Both the position numbers and the translations under genes were made by a program. A stretch of 64,000 nucleotides of DNA. It comes from an uncultured Desulfosarcina sp. (lineage in GTDB: Bacteria; Desulfobacterota; Desulfobacteria; Desulfobacterales; Desulfosarcinaceae). How positions within the stretch are numbered: position 1 is the stretch's first letter; each line of letters starts with the position of its first letter. The notes beneath the pieces were generated by a model that was given only the letters and a program-made list of their open reading frames with translations, was not told the origin of the DNA and made no database searches. Where the stretch lies: NCBI GenBank assembly GCA_963674945.2, contig CAXXWQ010000004.1:1472001-1536000 (forward strand). The letters are read 5' to 3'. Shown piece by piece: positions 20,228 to 30,300 of this stretch.

Positions 20228-20581
20228 CTACCAGGAACCGTCCAATCCCCGGATGCCATTCATGTAGAGTCGCCCGCAAGCGACAAATAACGAGTATTCG
20301 GTAACCATGAGGGGAATGTCGTTGGATTTTGCCATCTCCACAAATTGTTCGGGTGGCGTCTTTCCCCTGACGATAACGATGGCGCCCACGCCGACGATCT
20401 TTGCCGTTCGGATAACATGATCCGTGGTTACGCCGGTAAGCAGCACACATTCATTGGCCACGGCAGACAAGACATCGTCCATCAGATCCGCCGCACCCCC
20501 GGCGACGATGACCTTGTCCATCTGATCTTCCCCGTAGAGCACATCCCCTTTGAGAATATCTTTGATTTCTGAAATTTTCAT
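20228..20581 (-). CDS. DRTGG-domain protein
   Basis: AADLMDDVL..VLLTG...IVIVRGKTP...FVACGRLY. This family normally accompanies Hnd/Hyd operons. Confidence 0.8.
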   Translation of the reverse strand: MKISEIKDILKGDVLYGEDQMDKVIVAGGAADLMDDVLSAVANECVLLTGVTTDHVIRTAKIVGVGAIVIVRGKTPPEQFVEMAKSNDIPLMVTEYSLFVACGRLYMNGIRGLDGSW

Positions 20582-20602
20582 TGTCGTAGGACCATATTCA
20601 GT

Positions 20603-21097
20603 TTAGGTATACTTTTCGAGGAGTTCGATCACCTTATCCGAACTCACGTCCCCGTGTGTATCCTGATCGACCACCATCACCGGTGCCAGTCCGCATGCAC
20701 CCAGGCATCGAACGCCTTCCAGCGAAAACCGGCGATCCTCGGTGGTTCCCCCCTCTTCCAGATCATATTCATTTTCGATTCGACTCAAGGCCTCTTTGAT
20801 GCCTTTGACATAGCAGGCCGTGCCCAGGCACACTTTAATCGTGTGACGTCCCTTGGGAACCATGGAGAACAGAGAATAGAAGGAGGCCACCCCAAAGACC
20901 GTGCTGGAGGGAAGGTTCAGGCCTCGGCTGATATAATCCAAAAGCATCACGGGCAAATATCCGGTAATATCCTGACATTCGCGAAGCACCGTGATGACGG
21001 CACCCGACACCGCCTTGTTCCTGTCGATGACCGCATCGATCCTGGACCACATCGCTTCGTCGATATCCGGATGGTGAGGATGGAAATCTGGTTTCAT
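20603..21097 (-). CDS. HydC/NuoE-like [2Fe-2S] subunit
   Basis: VASFYSLF, VCLGTACYVKG and RCLGACGLAPV. Confidence 0.95.
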   Translation of the reverse strand: MKPDFHPHHPDIDEAMWSRIDAVIDRNKAVSGAVITVLRECQDITGYLPVMLLDYISRGLNLPSSTVFGVASFYSLFSMVPKGRHTIKVCLGTACYVKGIKEALSRIENEYDLEEGGTTEDRRFSLEGVRCLGACGLAPVMVVDQDTHGDVSSDKVIELLEKYT

Positions 21098-21258
21098 ATC
21101 AGCATGGCTCCTTTGGCCTCGGGAAGCAACCCTTGAATACTACTTTCAATTGCCGAGTCGGCCTTGTGTACGAATAATTGTTTTGTCTTTCAAATAATCG
21201 CGAGGGAACATTTCATAATTACCCGAAAATGTCAATGCCGTTGTGCGTTTATGACCGC

Positions 21259-21288
21259 TTGACGGCACCGTGAATCCTGGTCTATAAA
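21259..21288 (+). promoter_or_regulatory. Putative sigma70 promoter of the purine salvage operon
   Basis: TTGACG-N18-TATAAA upstream of punA. Confidence 0.5.
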
Positions 21289-21372
21289 CCAAACGATCCG
21301 AAAACATGACCACATCTTCTCTCTTACGAACACTCGTTTCTCACGTTTGGAGATAAACCGACATTGAACCGC

Positions 21373-22203
21373 ATGAAAGAACAGGTAGATGAGGCAGCGA
21401 AATTTCTTGGGTCCCGGTTCGCCGTTTCCCCGAAAACCGCCATAATCACCGGTACCGGCCTGAGCGCGTCCGTGGGTCCCCTGGACCATCCCGTCACCCT
21501 GGATTATGATCGAATTCCCCACTTTCCCGTTTCTACCGTTGTCAGCCACACCGGAAGGATCCTCGCCGGCGGTCTCGCCGGCCATCCGGTCATGGTCCTT
21601 CAGGGGCGGTTTCATCTGTACGAGGGCTATGATCCGAAAACCGTCACCTTTCCCATTCGGGTGATGCAGAAAATGGGCGTCGGGCACCTGATTCTCGTGA
21701 ACGCCGCCGGGGGGATGAACCCGGCCTTTCGGCAGGAAGACCTGATGGTCATCGACGACCACATCAACCTCACCGGCGAGAATCCGTTAATCGGTGCCAA
21801 CGAGGACGACTGGGGCCCCCGGTTTCCCGATATGACGGCGGCCTATGACCCGAATTTTCGCCGGCTGTGCCGAGAAGTCGCCGAAGCCCTGGCGATTCCC
21901 GTCACACATGGCGTCTATGCCGGTCTAAAGGGGCCCAGTTTGGAAACGCCGGCGGAGGTCCGCTTTCTCAAGACCATCGGCGCAGACGCCGTGGGGTTTT
22001 CCACGGTGATGGAGACCATTGCCGCCGTCCATGCCGGAATCAAGGTACTGGGCATCTCCACCATCACCAACACCATCGATCCGGATCGACCGAAACCGGC
22101 TTCGGTGGAAGAAATCCTGGCGGCGGCCAACGCGGCGGCGCCCAAGCTCAGCCGGCTGATCGGGCGGATCGTGGCCCGGATCCATGGGAAGGACGCCCAA
22201 TGA
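21373..22203 (+). CDS. punA: Purine nucleoside phosphorylase (trimeric type)
   Basis: QGRFHLYEGY, NAAGG, DHINLTGENPL, GPRFPDM, GPSLETPAE and GADAVGFST. Confidence 0.93.
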   Translation: MKEQVDEAAKFLGSRFAVSPKTAIITGTGLSASVGPLDHPVTLDYDRIPHFPVSTVVSHTGRILAGGLAGHPVMVLQGRFHLYEGYDPKTVTFPIRVMQKMGVGHLILVNAAGGMNPAFRQEDLMVIDDHINLTGENPLIGANEDDWGPRFPDMTAAYDPNFRRLCREVAEALAIPVTHGVYAGLKGPSLETPAEVRFLKTIGADAVGFSTVMETIAAVHAGIKVLGISTITNTIDPDRPKPASVEEILAAANAAAPKLSRLIGRIVARIHGKDAQ

Positions 22204-23513
22204 TGGAAACGGCAGACCTGCTGATCGAAAACGGCATCCTCATGACCATGGACCCGAACAACCGGATCATTGAAAAGGGAAGTATCGCCGCCACCGGCGA
22301 CACCATCACCGCCGTCGGACCCGCCACCGAACTGGCATCCGTCTGCGCAAAGGAGACCATCGACGCGCAAGGGGGCATCGTCATGCCCGGGCTGGTCAAC
22401 ACTCACACCCACCTGCCCATGACGCTGTTTCGCGGCCTCGCCGACGACATGCCCCTGATGACATGGCTCAACGACCACATCTTTCCGGCCGAGGGCCGCT
22501 TCGTGAATCCCGAAACGGTCCGCTGGGGAACCCTTCTGGCCTGTGCGGAAATGCTTCTTTCGGGCACCACATGCTGCTGCGATGGATATTTTCACGAATC
22601 GGCCGTGGCCCAAGCCGTTGCCGAGACGGGCATGCGCGCCGTACTGGCACAGGGGGTAATCGATTTTCCGGCGCCCGGCGTGCCGGACCCGGCCGAAAAC
22701 ATCGCCCACGCCCGCAATTATGCGACGCGCTGGAAGGAAAAATACGATTTGATCGCTCCGTCCATCTTCTGCCATTCCCCCTACACCTGTGGTGACAAAA
22801 CCCTTCGACAAGCCAAGGCCGCCGCCGATGAATTGGGCCTTTTGTTTCAGGTGCACGTGGCCGAGACGAACGGCGAACACGAACAATCGATCCGTGAAAA
22901 GGGGATGAGCCCCGTGGCCCACCTGGATCGGTTGGGCATCCTGGATCGAAACACCATCATGGCACACTGCGTCTGGGTGGATGAGGAAGACTTAGAGATC
23001 ATGGCCCGGCGAGGATGTGGCGTCGCCCATTGTCCCGAGAGCAACATGAAGCTGGCATCGGGCATCGCGCCGGTTGCCGTAATGAAAAAACACGGCATCG
23101 CCGTGGGATTGGGCACCGATGGTGCGGCCAGCAACAACGACCTGGACCTGTTCGGCGAAATGGCCATGGCGGCCCGGCTTCACAAGGTTGCAGCGGGCGA
23201 CCCCACCACCCTGGATGCGGCCACCGTCCTCAAGATGGCCACCACCGATGGCGCACGGGCCATGGGCCTCGGGGATCGGATCGGCTCTCTAACCGTCGGA
23301 AAGCAGGCGGATCTCATCATCCTGGACACTCGCGCCTGCCACATGACGCCCATGTATCACCCACAATCCCATGTAATTTACGCGGCAAGCGGGAGGGATG
23401 TGCGACACGTGATGATCGCCGGGAAACAGGTTGTTGCCGACCGCCGTTTGCTGACGTTGGACGTCGACGAAATCATGGATCGGGTCAACGCCATCGCCGA
23501 AGAGATCGGCTAA
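22200..23513 (+). CDS. mtaD: 5'-methylthioadenosine/SAH deaminase-like amidohydrolase
   Basis: PGLVNTHTH, HVAET, HCPESNMKLASG and GTDGAASNNDLD; ATGA overlap with punA. Confidence 0.85.
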   Translation: MMETADLLIENGILMTMDPNNRIIEKGSIAATGDTITAVGPATELASVCAKETIDAQGGIVMPGLVNTHTHLPMTLFRGLADDMPLMTWLNDHIFPAEGRFVNPETVRWGTLLACAEMLLSGTTCCCDGYFHESAVAQAVAETGMRAVLAQGVIDFPAPGVPDPAENIAHARNYATRWKEKYDLIAPSIFCHSPYTCGDKTLRQAKAAADELGLLFQVHVAETNGEHEQSIREKGMSPVAHLDRLGILDRNTIMAHCVWVDEEDLEIMARRGCGVAHCPESNMKLASGIAPVAVMKKHGIAVGLGTDGAASNNDLDLFGEMAMAARLHKVAAGDPTTLDAATVLKMATTDGARAMGLGDRIGSLTVGKQADLIILDTRACHMTPMYHPQSHVIYAASGRDVRHVMIAGKQVVADRRLLTLDVDEIMDRVNAIAEEIG

Positions 23514-23687
23514 AAAGCTTTTCCATGTCATAGATCGCCAAACCAATTAAGAAAGAAAATCCATCTTCCATTATTTCGTCGATGGGGTAAAATGGGAAAA
23601 GCTTATTATAAAAGTATTGTTAATTGGGTACGAAACGCGGAAAAACAAATCCCGAAAATTGAGTATTAGCCAGCGAGTCCATAGAAG

Positions 23688-25397
23688 ATGGACAGAAAAT
23701 CGATCATCACCGCGGCACGGGGCGATACCCCGGCGGACCTTTTGCTGGTCAACGCCAACATCGTCAATGTATTTTCCGGGCGGGTGAACCAGGGAAGCAT
23801 CGCCATAAAGGATGGCCATATCCTGGGATTCGGCGAATACGAGGCTGATACGGTCCTGGATCTTGGAGGCCGGTTTGTGGCGCCCGGCTTCATCGACGCC
23901 CACGTGCACATCGAAAGTGCCATGACCATCGTGGCCGAATTCGCAAGGGCCGTGGCGCCCTTGGGGACCACCACCGTGGTGGCCGACCCCCATGAAATCG
24001 CCAATGTGATGGGAACGGCGGGCATCGAATACATGCTCCGATCCGCCGAAAACCAGCCCATGGAGTGCCTCTTCACCCTTCCCTCCTGCGTTCCGGCAAC
24101 CAGCATGGAGACCGCCGGCGCCCGGCTGGAAGCCGAGGATCTGGCCCCCTTTCTCTCCCATCCGCGCATCGTGGCCCTGGCGGAAATGATGAACTACCCC
24201 GGCGTTATCTTCACCGATCCGTCGGTGATGGCCAAGCTGGAAATGGCCCGTTCCCACAAAGTGCCCATGAACGGCCACGCACCGGGCGTTTCCGGTCGTA
24301 AGCTGGCCGCCTACGCCGCCGCCGGCATCGCCTCGGACCACGAATGCACCCGGGCCGACGAGGCTTTGGAAAAGCTCTCTTTGGGCATGCGCATCATGGT
24401 CCGAGAAGGCACCTGTGAACGAAACCTGGATGCCCTGTTTCCCATCATCGATGCCGGTACCTGGCCTCGAATGATGTGGTGCACCGACGACCGCCACCCC
24501 CACGATATTCTCACCCATGGTCACATGGACGCGGTGATCCGAAAGGCTGTGGCAAAGGGATTGGATCCCGTCACGGCCATCCGCATGGGAACCATCAATC
24601 CGGCCGACTATTTCGGTCTTGGGGATGTGGGAGCCGTCGCACCGGGCCGCAAGGCCAATCTGGTGGTCTTCGCCGATCTTTTTGACATTCGCGTCCAAAA
24701 GGTCTTTTTCATGGGGAAACTGGTGGCCGAAGATGGAATGATGCGGCCCGACATCCACCGCCCATCCCCGGTCTCGGTGCCGTCCGCCATGAATCTGGAT
24801 CTCGAAAGACTGGATTTTTCCATTCCCGCGGCAGGCCAGCGGATGCGGGTGATCCGGGCCATCGCCGACCAGGTGGTCACCGGCTGCGACATCATGGATG
24901 TGAAAAAACACGACGGCGAAGTTGTGGCCGATATCGACCGTGACCTGGCAAAGCTGGCCGTGGTGGACCGTTATTCGGGGATGGCTGGTACCGGGAAGGG
25001 ATTCGTGACCGGTTTGGGATTGAAACGCGGCGCCATCGCCTCCACCGTGGCCCACGACTCCCACAACGTCATCGTGGCCGGTATCACGGATGACGACATG
25101 AAAGCCGCCGTGGCAGCCCTGGTCGGGATGGGAGGCGGTCTGGCGGCAGCCCTGAATGGCAATGCGATGCAACGGCTCCCCCTTCCCGTTGCCGGGCTCA
25201 TGTCCGACCAGCCGGTGGAGACGGTGAAAGAGCAGATGGACCGGATGATCGACGCCGCCAGATCCCTGGGAAGCCCCCTGTCCGATCCCTTCATGACCTT
25301 AAGCTTTCTGGCCCTTCCCGTCATCCCGGCGCTGAAACTCACCGACCGGGGCCTTGTTGACGTGAACCGGTTCGAAATCGTGGATCTGTTCGTTTGA
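23688..25397 (+). CDS. ade: Adenine deaminase
   Basis: PGFIDAHVHIES, DPHEIANV, SDHEC, CTDDRHP, STVAHDSHN and LSFLALPVIP. Confidence 0.95.
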   Translation: MDRKSIITAARGDTPADLLLVNANIVNVFSGRVNQGSIAIKDGHILGFGEYEADTVLDLGGRFVAPGFIDAHVHIESAMTIVAEFARAVAPLGTTTVVADPHEIANVMGTAGIEYMLRSAENQPMECLFTLPSCVPATSMETAGARLEAEDLAPFLSHPRIVALAEMMNYPGVIFTDPSVMAKLEMARSHKVPMNGHAPGVSGRKLAAYAAAGIASDHECTRADEALEKLSLGMRIMVREGTCERNLDALFPIIDAGTWPRMMWCTDDRHPHDILTHGHMDAVIRKAVAKGLDPVTAIRMGTINPADYFGLGDVGAVAPGRKANLVVFADLFDIRVQKVFFMGKLVAEDGMMRPDIHRPSPVSVPSAMNLDLERLDFSIPAAGQRMRVIRAIADQVVTGCDIMDVKKHDGEVVADIDRDLAKLAVVDRYSGMAGTGKGFVTGLGLKRGAIASTVAHDSHNVIVAGITDDDMKAAVAALVGMGGGLAAALNGNAMQRLPLPVAGLMSDQPVETVKEQMDRMIDAARSLGSPLSDPFMTLSFLALPVIPALKLTDRGLVDVNRFEIVDLFV

Positions 25398-25518
25398 TTG
25401 CATATACCGCCGCAAGCAAAGTCAGTTCCCACCGATCCGCCTGGACCCTGTCCTGAAAATCTTCCGAAGGATCGTCACGATCCCTATACCAATATGCTGC
25501 GCCGTTTTTTGTCTCACG

Positions 25519-27189
25519 GTAGAGTAGGGAGGGATTACCCTCCCCCTCGTCAAACCGGACAGGCGGATTTCCCGCATCCGGCTTTCCCTTGAACTTCACC
25601 AACAAGCACACGCAGAGCATCAGCTAATGTCGCTACTACAGATATATCAGCCCCAGCTGTTTCAGGTGCCGGTAATAGCTTCTCCCTTTCGGAGGACGAA
25701 AAGGACGCTGACTGCGACGACGTAAATGACCGATAAAGCGATGCAGAACATACCAGTTCATTTCCCGAAACGCCTTGCGAGGATAGCCGAATTGAAAGTA
25801 GTTGGCCCATCCGCGCTGTTGGCGATTCACCGCCTCGATCAGCTGCGTCACAGGAACACAACTGTGTTTGCGGCTAATCGTTTCTCGAAGCCTGTCCCGA
25901 TGCGCCTGCATCGCCTTGCGCGATGGCGTTACGTTCAGATAGAAGACCTTCTCGAACCAATGAAGGTAAATATTCGCCAAAAGCGGCGATATCACACCGC
26001 CTTGAGGCGTACCCTTCCCTTTCCGCGAGACTTTCTTGCCGCCGTGGCCATCATCCTCCTCGATCGGTGCCGACAGCCACATCTGAATCAGCTTCAACAC
26101 CGAGCGGTCGACGATCCGCATGCGAACACACTTCATCAGCTTGTCCTGCGGAATCGCGTCAAAGTAACCTTTCAGGTCGGCATCAAGCACCGACGTCAAT
26201 CCCTGTTTTCGGTTCGATGATCAGCAGCGCGGCCGTCTGGATGACACGGTCCCGTATCGTCGGGATGCCCAAAGGGCGCTGACGTCCGTCGGGTTTGGGT
26301 ATATATACCCGCCGTACTGCCATGGGGCGGTACTGCTTGCGCCTGAGGTCTTCATGGATTTCTTCCACGAAACCCTCAGACCCGCCCTCACTGGCTTCAA
26401 TCTGTTCGAATGTAACGCCGTCCACACCGCCCTTGCCTCCGTTGGCTTTGGCGATCCGGTAGGCGCTGGTCAATACGTCTCGCCGATAAATCCGATCATA
26501 GAGTGCATAAAATCGGAACTTCGGCTCCTGCTTCGCTTTCAGGTAGAGCTTCTGTCTCAAAGAAGAGAGTTTCTCCGGAAGCCGGATCGTCTTTACGTGG
26601 GCGGACTTCCACACGTCCACGTCAATAGACTCCCACAGTTCCAGTTGTTCCGTAATGGGTCTGTTAACCAAGCGGCACTCCTCTTGTCTGACTCTGCATG
26701 TTCAAGGCAAGGCCCCTTGGCTCCACGGGCATTACCCCGCTTCTCGGCTACTATGGGCCTCTCCGACTCCCGACATGGCCGTTTGCCGGTTATTGATTCC
26801 CCACAAACGTTGGTGACACGATCGCCGCCGTGCCGGGTCTCCCAGGTTCCTCGATGCGACTGTCCAAGCGCGCCCTCCCCTATCACCCCGGGGTGCCCTG
26901 CGGCTTCTCTCGCTCGTTGCTTCACCGCAGGTGGCAGGCTTCGCCATCTTTGGCAGGTTGGCCACACCCAATTGCGTAACGAGGCCGAAGCGGGTTCATT
27001 TTCATTAGGGCTCACTTGTTCGCAGTCCGGGAAGGCTATTCCCTTCGCCACCCGCCATAGGGCGGTGACCGATCCGCTTCCCATGCTCGGTTACCCTGAC
27101 ATGGGGGACCGCTGCTACACGATGAACGAGCAATTATCATGGCTGACTCCTTTCAGTCGGCAAGTCACACCAGGCTTATCCTGGCGCTC
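25519..27189 (-). mobile_element. Group II intron (decayed)
   Basis: Minus-strand 5' end GAGCG (variant of GUGCG) at 27189. Domain V aagccggatgcgggaaatccgcctgtccggttt and domain VI ending ctctAC at 25519. RT fragments lie inside. Confidence 0.92.
25636..26671 (-). pseudogene. ltrA: Intron-encoded RT/maturase with two internal deletions and a frameshift
   Basis: RT0-2 ([24 protein letters not shown]), then a frameshift to RT3-4 (DADLKGYFD, GTPQGGVISPLLANIYL), then directly to domain X (GWANYF). YADD is absent. Confidence 0.9.
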
Positions 27190-27332
27190 CAAAGACGCTA
27201 AGCCGCTAAGAGTAAAAGATTTAAAACACCCAATCAAAACTTTCGTAAAACCTGAGTTCACCGCTGCCACTTACGATTCTTTTCTTATCGTCGTTCGTTG
27301 CGCCTTCGCGGCTTCGCGCCTTTGCGTGAGAC
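27190..27332. repeat. REP-like inverted repeat whose left arm is split by the intron
   Basis: gtctcacg (25511-25518) joined to caaagacgctaagccgctaag (27190-27210) is the imperfect reverse complement of cttcgcggcttcgcgcctttgcgtgagac (27304-27332). Confidence 0.85.
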
Positions 27333-27339
27333 ATTGCTT

Positions 27340-30300
27340 TTATTCGCGCCCCGATGTTCCGGCCATGACGGACTTTCCCACCTCCCTGCCGATAACGGTG
27401 TCAAATGCCAACCGCACCGGATCGGGAAAGGGCGTGGCCACAGGCCGGTTCTGACCGTCCCGCGTCACCCAGACGGCCCGGTGAAAGCCGTAGGCGATCT
27501 TCACCGACGATCCGTCCGGTTCCAGGCGGAAGTAATCCACGTGAAAGGTGACGCTGCAACTTCTCAGCTCCTTGACGGCCAGGGTGAGCTTGATCCGATC
27601 GAAGGGCATGGCCTCGCGCAGGTGGTCCACGCGGCTCTCCAGGGCCAGCAGCTCTCCCTTCTCACCGATTCCGCCGAAGTAGTCGGGAATCAGATCGTAG
27701 AAGAATCGGTCCCGGATCTGCCCCTGCCAGTCGTAGTAATTGGCATAGTAGATATTGCCCACCAGGTTGGCGTGGGCCAGGGTGGTGTCGAAGACCTGTT
27801 CCCTCACGATGGCGCGAATCACCGGTCCCGGGGGGGCCAGATAGAGGATGGGATCATCGTCCGATTCAAGCAGGTGTGCCATGGATTCCTCCATGGGCGC
27901 GGGGATATCGGGCGCATCGAAACGCGGGCACATGTCCTCGATGAAATGCCCGTAGTAGGTTGGATAAGGGGCGACCCTGGCCTTTCCCGGACCCAGTATC
28001 TCCACCCAGGTGGTCTGAAGACGGCAAAAGGCGAGACGTTTGCGGCCACCATCCTTTCCCATTTTTCGAAAATCATAGGAAAGCGTCATGGTGGAATTCT
28101 CGGGCCCGCTGTTGTCACTCACCCACATGAGAATTTCCACCTGGTCGCTGGTGGCACCCTCCCCTACTATCTTCAGGTGGCCATAGTTGGTCACCCCGCC
28201 CCATCGGCCGCTGGCGAACTGATCCGACATCTGGGCCAGGACCGGCCAGGCAGAGGCTTCCCGGGTGTTACCCATCCATTTGATGAAGTTGGAAAAGTAG
28301 ATGGTCCGGCTCAAATTGGCGCTGGGCTGGAAGGTGACCGGCAGCCGCTGGACGAACACCAGCTGCCCCTGGGGTCCACCCTCGATCATCTCGAAGGGGC
28401 GGACCTCGTACAAGGGTTCGTATCCCGGATAGTCGGCGGTCAAAAGGTGCGCCGGCACCCGGGGCGCCGCCTTCTCGGCGGTCGTGGTAGTAACGGCCAG
28501 AATCTGCGGCCTGCCCCAGGTCAGACGAATGGCCAGGGTGAGAATCTGTAGGGCGGAACCTTCGGCGTCGGTGACTTCAAAAAGAACGGCCGTCCCTTTT
28601 TTTTTCACGATCCGAAGGGTATCTGAAGAGACGACACCGATCTTGCCCAAGGTTTCGGTGGCGGCCCAGACGCGGGTACCGGCGGTATCCAGATCTTCTA
28701 TGGATTCGGCGAGTTCATCCAGAAGCCGGGCCCGATCCGGTCCCAGCAGACCTATCCACGCGTCTTTCTCCCTCGAGGTAATAGCGGCCAGGTCACACCC
28801 CATTGGACCGGGACCGACCGAACAGAGACAGGTCCGGTCCTCATGGGTCAACGACAGGTCCAGCACGCCACCGGCGATATTGGCGACGGCCGGTTTACCC
28901 GTCTCTTCCCAGTGGACGGCCAATGAAGCGGATGGGACATCGTACTTGTCGGCGGCCTCCTGCAGCGCCTTTTCCAGCAGGGGCATCTCGAGATCCCGTC
29001 GCCGGTCCCTGGTCTGGTCGTGAATTCCCACGATGGTGGCCAGATCCACGAAAGGTGTTGTCACGGCAAGATCGTTTCCGGCCGCATCCAGCGCCTGCCG
29101 AACCATCTGCCGGTCCCGCTCCTCTGGTCGGATCAGATCGGCCACCGTCGGGTAGTGATCGTGGTGCTTGAGAATTCGAAGACGATAGCCGGAGAGTTCG
29201 GCCCGGATCGATCCGTCCTCACCAACTGCCGTCACTTTGTAAATCAGGTCCCGGTCATCCTGCTCCATCAGTTCAACGCGCACGTTTGCCGATTTACCGC
29301 CGTCGAAGAATTCGGGGAAAAGATCCATGCAATCGATGGATACGGGAAGGCTGGTATCCTGGGGTACCAAGAGGGCCGCGCTCTGCAGCATCGTATCGGT
29401 GAAGAAGGGATCACCCAGGCACAACCGGACCGAAGGGTGTTTCCCGAAGGCCTGGCCCACCAGTCGATCCTTTGGAGTCAGGCGGCTGGTGAGCAGTGCC
29501 GTTCCGGTCCGTTCACCGGATTGTTGGATTTGCCAGACCCTTTCGATGCCCTGGAACCGGGGACCTTGGAACAAGAGCGTGGGACGGTACAGATCCGTCT
29601 CGGGGACCAGCGGCAAGGGTTCATCGGGCAGTTCCATGACGGCTGCCGGCGCCGTTTCCCCTGCCTCGAAGGCAAAGGAGGCGGAGAAAAAGTCGGAAGC
29701 AACACCGGTATCCTGCTTGACGATACCGGCGTGAATCGTGGTCCGCCCATCGCCATCTGCCTCGGATATGATGGCATGGATGGTGATGTCGGCTCCCGAT
29801 TCGGCATCCACGGTGATGGGCCGGAGAAGACGAATATCCCGGATCTGCATCCGCACCGGCTTCTTTTGTTCGGTAAGGTAAAACACCGCTTCGGCCATGG
29901 CCTCCAGGCCGAATACCGTCGGGAAGAGATATGACCCTTGAAAATGGTGATCCTTGAGATAAAGATCGCTTTCGAGGGATAGATGGGCGGAAAAAACCGC
30001 CTCCACCCCCGGCGTCAGATGAATAAGCCGTTCCAGAAACCGCCAAGCCCGGGGCGGGTCGGGAATTGTCTGGCGCCACGTGTCCAGTCCCCCCAGACGG
30101 GCGGTCACCACCACCTGGCGATGGCCCGGGTCGTGGGTGAAGAGTCTAAGAAATCGGTCCACACCCATATCGGTGGGAATGGCGTCGATGCCCCTGTCCC
30201 GAAGCAGGGCCACGCTTCCCATGCGTGCCCCCATCCCTTCGTCCCGCCAGATGCTGTAGGCGACATTGAGGATCTGGGTTTGGGGATGGACGGCATGAAA

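Noticed and set aside
18575..20290. 571-aa + strand ORF
   Set aside because: Antisense shadow of the HydB/NuoF gene, as expected from GC-rich codon bias.
18362..21097. [FeFe]-hydrogenase or complex I operon
   Set aside because: No H-cluster subunit, NuoG or membrane Nuo subunits are adjacent.
23571..25172. 533-aa minus-strand ORF
   Set aside because: Antisense shadow of adenine deaminase.
26354..27454. 366-aa + strand ORF over the intron
   Set aside because: Antisense to the intron RNA and RT; no coding signal.
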